Origin: an uncultured bacterium | GTDB taxonomy: Bacteria > CSSED10-310 > CAZUFC01 | NCBI GenBank assembly: GCA_964619725.1 | Contig: CAZUFC010000021.1 | Location: 1-64,000 of the forward strand | Length of the DNA: 64,000 nucleotides | Direction: 5' to 3' | In this document: positions 28,082 through 36,803 of the stretch, in pieces | How the letters are laid out: every line of letters begins with the position of its first letter | How positions within the stretch are numbered: the stretch's first letter is position 1 | Program-made: the position numbers and the translations under genes | Notes under the pieces: model-generated | What the model was told of the DNA's origin: nothing | What the model saw: the letters and a program-made list of their open reading frames with translations, nothing else | Database searches by the model: none

Positions 28082-28489
28082 ATGACATGGAGCGAATCTG
28101 ATTTTCCAAAACTTTTGGATGAGTTTTTGCGAATAATAAAAAGCGATCATTCAAATTCGTTTAAAACAGGATATATTGAACTGGCCCTGAATTGGCAAAA
28201 CATTGCGCCGATTTATCCTGCGATTATTTCCGAGGTGGCGGCTAAAGCTGAAAAGCATGTTAGTGTCAATGATTTGAAGAAGGGGTGTATCGTTTCCGTA
28301 AAAAGGGGAGATGTCAAGATCACGGGTAAGTTTGAAGGTCTGGAAGAGGGTAAGATGAAATTATCTGAGGTTACTGAAGAGAAGCGTCATGATTCTTATT
28401 TTGTCGATGCGGACGACGACGTTTTGATGTTGGACAGGGATGCATTTTATGAAGATTGGTCCACTCTCGAACCCAAAGAAATAGAATAG
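28082..28489 (+). CDS. Hypothetical protein, possible Sm/SH3-like beta-barrel
   Basis: GAGGT RBS, operonic position; segment LKKGCIVSVKRGDVKITGKFEGLEEGKMKLSEV has an Sm1-like pattern (fold is inference). Confidence 0.7.
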   Translation: MTWSESDFPKLLDEFLRIIKSDHSNSFKTGYIELALNWQNIAPIYPAIISEVAAKAEKHVSVNDLKKGCIVSVKRGDVKITGKFEGLEEGKMKLSEVTEEKRHDSYFVDADDDVLMLDRDAFYEDWSTLEPKEIE

Positions 28490-28512
28490 TGAAAGCAGAT
28501 GGTGTGAATACA

Positions 28513-29754
28513 ATGAACAAAAAATATTTAAAACAGATTAAAGGCCCTGCGGAAATAGAAATACTCAAAGGAAAAGTTGAGATAATAGGATATCCTCATG
28601 AGCGCGGATACCGCTTATCGATTCCCCCCGGAAAATCAATCCCGTTAGCGCTGGATTCAGAAGATCAGATAAGATGCGAAACGGAAAACGAAGAGAACAT
28701 AACGAATTTAAAGAGTTTTACTATTCCCCAGACCTGGCTTGAGATAGTAAAACGGATAAAAGAGCAGAAGCTTCGCAAGATATTGGTATTAGGCGAAATG
28801 GACACGGGAAAATCGTTTTTTTGTACCTATCTGGCCAATTCTCTGCTCTATTCGGGGCTGGAACCTGGAATTCTGGATTGCGATCTGGGGCAATCGGATA
28901 TCGGACCTCCCGGAACTCTCGGTTTCCTGAAAGTCGTCCGTCCCCTGACTTTTATTAATGAATCAGACCCGACGCTCCTGGGCTTCATCGGCGCTCATTC
29001 TGCCGGTTTGCACATGCTAAAGGTCATAACGAGTTTTCACGGGTTGGTGACCAAGGCCATGAAGATGTGCAGTACGCTGATCGTCAATACTTCAGGCTGG
29101 GTCAACGAAAGCGGAAGGGCTTTAAAATGGGCGAAAATAGAATTTATGGACCCGGATTTAACTGTCTTTCTGCAGAGGGAAAACGAGTTGGAGCACCTTT
29201 ATAAAATGGTTCCAGAGGAGAAAGCCTTCAAACTGCATGTAAAAATCAAAAAAGGTTTAATCGCTACCAAGGCGGAAAGAAAAAATCTCAGAGAAACGGC
29301 ATCCAAAGCTTACTTCAAAGATAGCGGGGAAAAGAGCTTTTCCTTTTCAGAGTTTACTGCGGTCGGAGCTTTTTTAGGGTCCGGAACCTTTCGAAGCGAT
29401 CTTGAGAGGCGGCCGGAAATAGTTCATGCTGAAATACTGCCGAGTTTCGAAGGCGCTTATATCGTGGTGAAAAAGGATACGGACCCGGAAACGATCCAGA
29501 AAATCAAAAAAGAATTCAGGACGACCAAGGTAATTGAAGAAGGATACGAAAAGGGGACGCTGATAGGGCTGGCGAACTCGCAAAACGTATGTTCAGCTTT
29601 GGGCATAATAAAGAAAATTGACTGGAACGCCAAGGTTCTGCATTGCGTTACTCCTTTGAAAAGCTCTGAACCTATAAAATTTGTTCATTTCGGTTCTTTG
29701 AAATACAATTTTGCAGGTGAAGAAGCAGGCTTCCTGGCTCCGGGTTCCATTTGA
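28513..29754 (+). CDS. Clp1/Grc3/Nol9-family polynucleotide 5'-hydroxyl kinase
   Basis: Walker A GEMDTGKS, DCDLGQSDIGPPG, VNTSGWV, lid ERKNLRE; N-terminal KGPAEIEILKGKVEIIG domain. Start reset to ATG 28513. Confidence 0.88.
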   Translation: MNKKYLKQIKGPAEIEILKGKVEIIGYPHERGYRLSIPPGKSIPLALDSEDQIRCETENEENITNLKSFTIPQTWLEIVKRIKEQKLRKILVLGEMDTGKSFFCTYLANSLLYSGLEPGILDCDLGQSDIGPPGTLGFLKVVRPLTFINESDPTLLGFIGAHSAGLHMLKVITSFHGLVTKAMKMCSTLIVNTSGWVNESGRALKWAKIEFMDPDLTVFLQRENELEHLYKMVPEEKAFKLHVKIKKGLIATKAERKNLRETASKAYFKDSGEKSFSFSEFTAVGAFLGSGTFRSDLERRPEIVHAEILPSFEGAYIVVKKDTDPETIQKIKKEFRTTKVIEEGYEKGTLIGLANSQNVCSALGIIKKIDWNAKVLHCVTPLKSSEPIKFVHFGSLKYNFAGEEAGFLAPGSI

Positions 29755-29782
29755 CCGGGAAAGATGTACGGAGCATCCTTAC

Positions 29783-29949
29783 ATTTCTCATTCAAAACCT
29801 GTTACGAGCGTCTATATCCCGGCGCCTTCAAGCGCTGCTCCCTAAGGACTTGCTCAACATAGCGCTGCTGTTTCTCTGCAGTCCTGCAGTCCGCCACGCT
29901 TGAATTTACGGGAATCTGAACGCTCTCACTACGATTTTGTATGCGAAAT
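29783..29949. repeat. Long imperfect palindrome (REP/MITE-like)
   Basis: Arms 29783-29834 and 29897-29949 pair in blocks ATTTC/GAAAT, CAAAA/TTTTG, GAGCGT/ACGCTC, CCCG/CGGG, TTCAAGCG/CGCTTGAA; inner AGGACT/AGTCCT. Confidence 0.7.
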
Positions 29950-30285
29950 CCGGAGTAGCGGTTCGGTTATATTTGTGTGATGAGTTTCCTTCATCCTCAC
30001 CGATTCGGCGGTGGACAGATTGAGGTTGAAAACAGATTCGTTCTGGGTTTTCTTAACGGCCGAAGCGTAACTTCAAATGAGCAGAAGATTTTTAATTTGT
30101 CGAAAAATTAAAAATTTCCTGTTCGCGATTACAATTTTCAAGCTAAAGGAGGAAGGAGATTTCAACCGTATACCCGTCGAAGAAGCGAAAACGGCAGCTT
30201 GTGGATCAAAAAGGGACGTATACAAAAATAAGGTCAGACGGGGCTTCCTGCAGGCGTCTGCGGTTCACTGCGCAGAACATCATAT

Positions 30286-31800
30286 TTATTCAATCATAAA
30301 TGCGGCGACATTCAGATCACCCAGCGCTTTGTAAGTTTCCGGCTCCGTCAGTAATGCATAAAAGTGGAAAGGACCTCCTGCCGCAACATCGCCGGGCATT
30401 TCGAAATCCAGCAGCGTCATCCTTTGCGGGGTTTTCTCTTCCAGGTGTACGCTTGTGGTCTGAGGAGTCTGAGTATAATCAGGATGGAAGAAAAAGGAGC
30501 CGTTTGCTTCAAAAAGGAGGTATAAATCGGCTGATCGGTCGGGGTAATAATTTGACAGTACGATATCCAACCGGAAGTAATCCCCGGCCCTGTAGACGGT
30601 CCGGTTTAAATGCAGGTGAGGCGTCAATCGCCTGTCCGCTTCAGGGCCGCCGTACGCTCCGATATCGCTGCGGCTGCCGTCGGGGTCTTCAAATTCAGGG
30701 TCTCCCGCATCCACAAGAACACTGTCTCTTTGGGGATGAAAATCAGTTGCCGGAGTAAAACCGGGATGCTCGAACAAATTATGCTCGCCCAGAGAAACGC
30801 CTTTGTTGTCCTCTTCATTATCATAAAATAAATTAAAATCGATCGAACTCGAATAGAACCCCGCTCGAAAGGCTCCGACCTCCGAACATTCCGTTATAGC
30901 GTTATTGACGATGCATATCGAGGAACCTGGAATAGGAATCAGATTGTCGGTGTAATAGATGCCGCGACTGCACCTGTTAATGACATTATTGATTATATCT
31001 GCCTGAACGACCATTTCCAGTCTTACTCCTTCATGCGCAGGGCCGGCTGCGTCTGCGGCCCTGGTTATAACGTTGTTCGTGAAGTTGAAATACGGTACGC
31101 CGATGTTTTGTATCGCCGCTTCACCGTTGTTTTCAAAAAGGTTCCGTACCGCTTCGACTTCAGCCGAAGGATAACCGAAGACGCTAACTGTTTTAATGCC
31201 GTCTGCGCCGTTGTCAGCTATTGTGTTGTCGTGGAAAGAAGCCTGTTCGACATTATATGTGTCTATGCCTGTGTTGCCGTTGTTCAGAATGCGATTTTCA
31301 TGCATTCGGACTGATGCGCCCGTGCTTAAGACTCCATTGCTTCCGTTCCGTGCGACGGTATTACGGATCATCACCAGGCTTCCTTCTCCCAGGCAATCGA
31401 CTCCGTCATCATCGTTTTCGTATATGTAATTATCGATAAGCATAACATCCGAATTTTCAGCATCTACCCCATCGTCTGACGAACCCGTTATATTGAATCC
31501 GGTCAACTCCAGCTCCGCGTTTCTTATGCTGATTACGTCATCAGCGGTATTCTCTCCGTCAATCACCGTGGTCCCGTAACCTTCGCCTTTTATTGTCAGC
31601 TCCTTCTCCTCAACGGTCACCCCGCGACCGTAAGACCCTGCCGCTACATGAATCGTATCGCCGTCTTCTGCAGCATCCACAGCGGCCTGAATCGTTGGAT
31701 ACTCATCAGGCACATAACGGTCCGCCGAATGAACAGAAAAAGCCAGGGCAATAATCGATGACCCAAAAAACAGTTTCCGCAGTATAATATAAGCCTTCAT
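30286..31800 (-). CDS. Secreted right-handed parallel beta-helix protein with extra C-terminal beta domain
   Basis: Signal peptide, VPDEYPTIQAAVDAA, repeated NxIxxNxxxG, VDAGDP..DPDGSRSDIGAYGG. Confidence 0.88.
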   Translation of the reverse strand: MKAYIILRKLFFGSSIIALAFSVHSADRYVPDEYPTIQAAVDAAEDGDTIHVAAGSYGRGVTVEEKELTIKGEGYGTTVIDGENTADDVISIRNAELELTGFNITGSSDDGVDAENSDVMLIDNYIYENDDDGVDCLGEGSLVMIRNTVARNGSNGVLSTGASVRMHENRILNNGNTGIDTYNVEQASFHDNTIADNGADGIKTVSVFGYPSAEVEAVRNLFENNGEAAIQNIGVPYFNFTNNVITRAADAAGPAHEGVRLEMVVQADIINNVINRCSRGIYYTDNLIPIPGSSICIVNNAITECSEVGAFRAGFYSSSIDFNLFYDNEEDNKGVSLGEHNLFEHPGFTPATDFHPQRDSVLVDAGDPEFEDPDGSRSDIGAYGGPEADRRLTPHLHLNRTVYRAGDYFRLDIVLSNYYPDRSADLYLLFEANGSFFFHPDYTQTPQTTSVHLEEKTPQRMTLLDFEMPGDVAAGGPFHFYALLTEPETYKALGDLNVAAFMIE

Positions 31801-31844
31801 TTTTTATCCTCCTCCAAAATATCCGGTTTCTCATTATATTATAA

Positions 31845-31876
31845 CGGGAAACTGCGGTAAATTCCGCCGTTTCCCG
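31845..31876 (-). terminator. Hairpin downstream of the SGNH lipoprotein gene
   Basis: CGGGAAAC-T-GCGG..CCGC-C-GTTTCCCG stem; weak U tract. Confidence 0.4.
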
Positions 31877-31900
31877 CTGGTTTTTCGTTGTTGTCGATGA

Positions 31901-32773
31901 TTACTCTGTCGTAGCATCGTACCATATCTGGGCCATCATAATATGCCCCTGACAGTTCAAATGCAGGCAGTCGCAACAAACAGAACATGGTCCGGGGGCT
32001 TCAGGGAATTCATGAAAGTGATCGGCAAAATATATGCCTTCTTCAGCGCCGCCCATTGCTTCCGTCATATCCTCCAATACAAATGAAAAATATTCCAGCA
32101 ACTCATTTAAACATAAATGACAACCCTGACCGCTGCATGCCTGGAACATCTCCTTGCACGATAATCCGTGAACAGCGGTTTCTTCAATCGGATGAACTGA
32201 GCCGATCACAACTTCAGGAATCTCATGAAAATATCTGTAACGCTCCGCAATCAACCTGACGTTCTCAGTTATCTCCACCATTTTGACCGCCAGAGCATCG
32301 CTGATAAAACAATCATCAGCAGGCACAGGAGCTTCAGCAGGATTCTGCCTGAGAAAATATTGCAGATCATTGCCGCCAATGTGCATGTAAACCCTCCTGG
32401 CTCCAGGATTCTTCTCAACGGACAAATCCACTCGGGCGAACGGCTCGAAATTGCCGCGCTTTTTATGCTTCCAACCTCCCACTTCCTTATCAGCCGTATG
32501 TCCCCCTATGCCGAAGTTGGCGATTTCAGTATCAGTCAACCTTTCCAGCTCCTCTATGAAACCGCATGTCGACGAGCACCAGCCGCCTACGGCAATGCTG
32601 TCGCCGAAGCATATGTGGTCTTTGTTGGAGTTTTCAACGGGATTGAAATCAAAGATGCATTGCTGAAATTGCGACGTATCCAAATTCTTGCATTCAGGTT
32701 GCGGACAACAGCCGTTGATCAGAAATAACGATGTTGCCGCCAATGCTGCCGAAATCCAGGATATTGTTTTCAT
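31901..32773 (-). CDS. Cys-rich SGNH/GDSL hydrolase, probable lipoprotein
   Basis: FGDS, NFGIGG, IGGND, DCLH blocks; lipobox-like LINGC. Confidence 0.82.
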   Translation of the reverse strand: MKTISWISAALAATSLFLINGCCPQPECKNLDTSQFQQCIFDFNPVENSNKDHICFGDSIAVGGWCSSTCGFIEELERLTDTEIANFGIGGHTADKEVGGWKHKKRGNFEPFARVDLSVEKNPGARRVYMHIGGNDLQYFLRQNPAEAPVPADDCFISDALAVKMVEITENVRLIAERYRYFHEIPEVVIGSVHPIEETAVHGLSCKEMFQACSGQGCHLCLNELLEYFSFVLEDMTEAMGGAEEGIYFADHFHEFPEAPGPCSVCCDCLHLNCQGHIMMAQIWYDATTE

Positions 32774-33091
32774 CTTTTCCCTCCGTAATGATCGTAATTA
32801 AGTTGTTCAATAACGAGAGCGACCTCGATTTCTGATCAGCAATTTCTATGCCGTAATACAAAATTCCGTCCAGCTTATGATACGGAGGATAAACGAAAAT
32901 TCCGCTCTGAACTCCAAACACACTGTGAAATTATACAACGCCTTTCGGCAGACTTTCGTGCCTTATAAAAGTTCATCGGAGCAATACTGCTCGCCCGATG
33001 CATGCGTTTTACCGCTCAGAGGGTTTACTAGCAGGGGGTAGTGCAAACCGGCGTCTGTCGTCCCGGGTACTTGTAATTCTCATTTTTAGGA

Positions 33092-33162
33092 ATCGATCAA
33101 AGATACGTCTTTTGAGGTTATAATTCGACAGAATATCCCATCATTTTGTTTCGATTACGATT
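33092..33162 (+). repeat. Dispersed 71-bp repeat, copy 2
   Basis: About 85% identical to 22980-23050; ends in GATTAC-GATTAT hexamers. Confidence 0.85.
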
Positions 33163-33401
33163 ATCCGCTTTCGCCAATGCTTCAGCGGGACAGGCAGAGC
33201 GCCGCTTCGCTGAGTACGAGCACGAAGCCATAACGCCTGTTTGATCAGTCCGCATTTTAACCTCCTCATCCTAAAATTCAGACAATCGGAAAAAGCCTTG
33301 CCGCTTATAAAAATATTCTCTAAAATTAACGATAACTCATTCTCTTTCCGTTCAGCAAGGAGGGCGGACATTAATTTAAATTTTTTTAAGGGGGGAGGAA
33401 A

Positions 33402-34688
33402 ATGAAAAATTTGCATAAGGGCTTACGGCGTCTCACAGGACTGTTTTCAGTATCAGGAATCATTGTGTTCGTATTAATTTTACAGGGTATTGCGGCATCG
33501 ACATGCAGAGCGGGAGGTTTCTCGGTGCTCAGCATAGGTGTGCGGCGAAGCGGGATGATGACGGTCATGTCCGATGCTGACGATCCTACGGCGGTATTTC
33601 ATAATCCGGCCTGTCTGGCGGATCAGGAGGGAACCGAATTGTACCTCTACAACAAATACGTTCACGTGGAAACGACGTTCCGGCTCAGACAGGAAAACGG
33701 GGAATTATCGGAAGAGGTTAAACCGACTCTTTCTGACGGATTGACGCCGTTTATAGGGATAAGCAGCGACCTGGGCCTGGAAAGATGGCATTTCGGATCA
33801 GCGTTGTATCTGCCTAATTGTTACGGCGCTGCGCTTCCGGAGGATGCGGTAACGAGATATCACGGTCACAAGGCTTTATTCCTGACAGGTTATTATACTC
33901 TGGGAGCGTCGTATGAATTGACGGGGGACATTTCCCTGGGCGCTTCTTGTCATTTTATTTACGTTTATCTGAACATGGAGCGTAAATACGATCTTTTTCA
34001 GTACAATGATCCGGACCAGGATTACAACATCGTTATTGACGCTGACGATTCGATTTTGAGCTGGTCTTTAGGCATGCGCTGGCAGATTACGGATAAAATG
34101 AGATTCGGGATAGGTTTTTATCCTCGTGAGGATGTAGAGCCGGAAGGCGATCTGGATGTGGAAGCGCCGAACGGATCGACGTTTATTGAAACTGATGTGA
34201 CGACATCGATGCTGATCCCTATGAGCATTCGGATGGGTTTAAGTTATTGGTTTACGCCGAGGCTGCAGGCTGCGATGGACCTGAATTACTGGAAATATTC
34301 CGACTACAAGGAACAGAAGGTCGAAACGGGCGTTGATGAATTTTTCGGGGATTTCAGTTCTGAGAAGAATTATGATGATTCCTACGGGATTGGATTGGGT
34401 TTGCTGTTCCAAAGAAACGCACGTACGCAATACCTTTTCGGAATTCTCAGGGATTGGTCTCCCATTCCAGAGGAGTACTATACGCTTGACAGTCCCAATG
34501 CTGATGCGTTCCTTTTTTCTGCGGGTATTCAACATGACCTGGGTCCCAGGATGCAGTTGGGCGCTGCGGCTGTTGCGACCATATACGACAAAGTGGAAGT
34601 GACCGACTCAAAAACGAGTCCTCCGACCGACGGGAAGGCTACAGCTTATGCGGGAGAATTGAACCTGGGACTTTTATACCGGTTCTGA
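33402..34688 (+). CDS. OmpP1/FadL/TodX-family outer membrane transporter
   Basis: AGGF..G.RRSGM..ADDPTAVFHNPA hatch motif, alternating beta strands, C-terminal YRF. Confidence 0.88.
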   Translation: MKNLHKGLRRLTGLFSVSGIIVFVLILQGIAASTCRAGGFSVLSIGVRRSGMMTVMSDADDPTAVFHNPACLADQEGTELYLYNKYVHVETTFRLRQENGELSEEVKPTLSDGLTPFIGISSDLGLERWHFGSALYLPNCYGAALPEDAVTRYHGHKALFLTGYYTLGASYELTGDISLGASCHFIYVYLNMERKYDLFQYNDPDQDYNIVIDADDSILSWSLGMRWQITDKMRFGIGFYPREDVEPEGDLDVEAPNGSTFIETDVTTSMLIPMSIRMGLSYWFTPRLQAAMDLNYWKYSDYKEQKVETGVDEFFGDFSSEKNYDDSYGIGLGLLFQRNARTQYLFGILRDWSPIPEEYYTLDSPNADAFLFSAGIQHDLGPRMQLGAAAVATIYDKVEVTDSKTSPPTDGKATAYAGELNLGLLYRF

Positions 34689-36779
34689 ACCGGTCGCTGC
34701 ATTTATCCAGACTGGTCCGGCCCAACCCTGGTTTCCGTCGGTCTGTGTCGTTCTGAGGTAATAGAATCCTTTTCCTTTGAATTCGTAATCATTGAATTCA
34801 AATTCATAGTATTCTTTTTCCGGATACTCGCAAAACGCTGTATCGTATTTATTCTGATGATAGCGAACGACTTCGACCGTTTTTAAAGGAAGCGTACCGA
34901 TGACTTTTCCTTTCAAGGGAAGGGGAGAGACGAGTTCCAGTTCCGAACCCATGGGACGGCCGGCGACATAAAATTCCATGATGATCCTGGGTCCGGTGGT
35001 TCCGTAAACCAGTCCGGCATCCATGGCGTTCCACAGGTTTTCGGATTTGAGCGCTTGCATCCAGGCTGCCATGCGGCCGTTGGGATAAGACATTTTATAG
35101 TAACTGGCGTAATGGGCATCGCTTCCGCAAATGAGGGTGAATTTTCTGCCTTTGGCCAGTATTTCCTGGGCGTAGCTGTCGATCCCGGGTTCAGCGGCAT
35201 CCGTGGGTTGATAACCCTTTATGGGGATGTACCACGGCGGTTTTCTGCTGGGATTCCCGTCATCGTCGGTCCCCCTGGGCAACGCCAGGAACATAATGGA
35301 CCGGGCGTGGATGGGAAAAGGGTTCCCATGGAATTCGTCCGCTCCGTGCTGCGAATATATTTCCAGTAATTTCTGGTTTTTATGTTCGGCTTTTCCCCAT
35401 TCGATTTTATCGCCCATTTCTTCGCCGCCCCGCCAGGCCGTATGATGAGGAATAATGATTACAGGCGCATCCTTATAAGAATCCAGCAGCTTATCCGCGT
35501 TTAAACCCCGTTCGTCCAGATGATCGATGAAATGCCTGGCGGTTCCGGGTTTAAAATATATATTCCTGTGGCCCTGTTCGTGATGAGTCCATTCATAAGC
35601 GACCAGGGTGACGAATTGACCGGGGCTGTCGAATGCTTCCGCTGTCCTTTCCATGCAGCGCCATTTATAAAGTTCATGTCTGACCTTCGGAATGCGGCTC
35701 AAATCTCTGTCCTTAACCATATAATATGTTACCAAATTAAGGTCATGATCGGTGACGGCCGCAAAATCGAGATGCTCATGATCGCGCATGTGAGTGAATA
35801 CGGTTTCGGGTTTCCATTCGCCGTCGCTGAGAATGCTTTGAGTATGGATATCGCCCCAGTAAAGCCTGGGGCCTTCTTTTCTGCACTCTATGGGATTGCT
35901 TCGAGCCTGGAATCCGCCGGCTTCGTCGCGAACCGTTATCCAATACAGGCCATCCCGGGGCGCCGAAGCCTTGAAACTTTTTTGTCCGCCGTCTCCTTTC
36001 CCGATATTTACTGAGGAAGGCAATTGCAATCCGTTCGATTCAATTTGTATTTTCGCCGTATAGGTGGGGTCGGGTTCAGGATAAATATCTACGCTGCCGC
36101 TCATTACTTTGACCTGGAATTTTTCGCCGGGACGAGGCGTTGAAGGAGCAAAAACAAGCAATTCCCGGACCCTGCCGTAAGTTTTTAAAGCAGGCGATTT
36201 TTCAATCAATTGATAATCGCCGCTGCCGTCGGCATCGGTTTCAACGGCTACGTCAATTACGGTAGGATAATGGGGCGTTTTGAGCCTGTCGCCGGCGCCT
36301 ACCTGAATCGCTATTTCTTGCCCAGGAGCTAATTCTCCCTTAACCACTCGAATGCCAACCGCAGAAACGGCATGGTGCATATCTTTTAAATTGAATACGG
36401 GCTTGCCTCGCCAGGTGGTATAAAGAAATCTTCCCGTCCATTTCGCTGATTTAATCAGTCCCGTTTCCTCAATCTTTACTTTGACGCCGGCGGGGCTCTC
36501 CGTCCCATAGAATTTTTTCGTATACATCCAGGGATTCAGCGTATACCACCAGTTATTGAAGACTGGAACTTCAATCCTCTTTTTATCCTCATAATTAATG
36601 ACCTGGCACGGAAACAGAAAACGGATGCCTCCGCCTTTCCTTATGCCCGGTCCGCCGACTGTGTAAATCAGTTTAAAACTGCAATGAGAGGAGTTGGCCG
36701 GAAGCAACGAAGGTTCCAGACGCGCCTGTCCATGCCGACCCTTTTTATTTTCACTTGTCGTTTTGGCCTTCTCATTCAT
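34674..36779 (-). CDS. DUF3604/PHP-like metallohydrolase
   Basis: YWGDIHTQSILSDG, LDFAAVTDHD, AYEWT..GHRNIY, IPHH, EIYSQHG, GSDAH, YGTTGPRI, YYLR..Q.DG..W.GPVW. Confidence 0.85.
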   Translation of the reverse strand: MNEKAKTTSENKKGRHGQARLEPSLLPANSSHCSFKLIYTVGGPGIRKGGGIRFLFPCQVINYEDKKRIEVPVFNNWWYTLNPWMYTKKFYGTESPAGVKVKIEETGLIKSAKWTGRFLYTTWRGKPVFNLKDMHHAVSAVGIRVVKGELAPGQEIAIQVGAGDRLKTPHYPTVIDVAVETDADGSGDYQLIEKSPALKTYGRVRELLVFAPSTPRPGEKFQVKVMSGSVDIYPEPDPTYTAKIQIESNGLQLPSSVNIGKGDGGQKSFKASAPRDGLYWITVRDEAGGFQARSNPIECRKEGPRLYWGDIHTQSILSDGEWKPETVFTHMRDHEHLDFAAVTDHDLNLVTYYMVKDRDLSRIPKVRHELYKWRCMERTAEAFDSPGQFVTLVAYEWTHHEQGHRNIYFKPGTARHFIDHLDERGLNADKLLDSYKDAPVIIIPHHTAWRGGEEMGDKIEWGKAEHKNQKLLEIYSQHGADEFHGNPFPIHARSIMFLALPRGTDDDGNPSRKPPWYIPIKGYQPTDAAEPGIDSYAQEILAKGRKFTLICGSDAHYASYYKMSYPNGRMAAWMQALKSENLWNAMDAGLVYGTTGPRIIMEFYVAGRPMGSELELVSPLPLKGKVIGTLPLKTVEVVRYHQNKYDTAFCEYPEKEYYEFEFNDYEFKGKGFYYLRTTQTDGNQGWAGPVWINAATGSEPV

Positions 36780-36803
36780 GAATTTTCCGTCACGGGCATG
36801 GTA

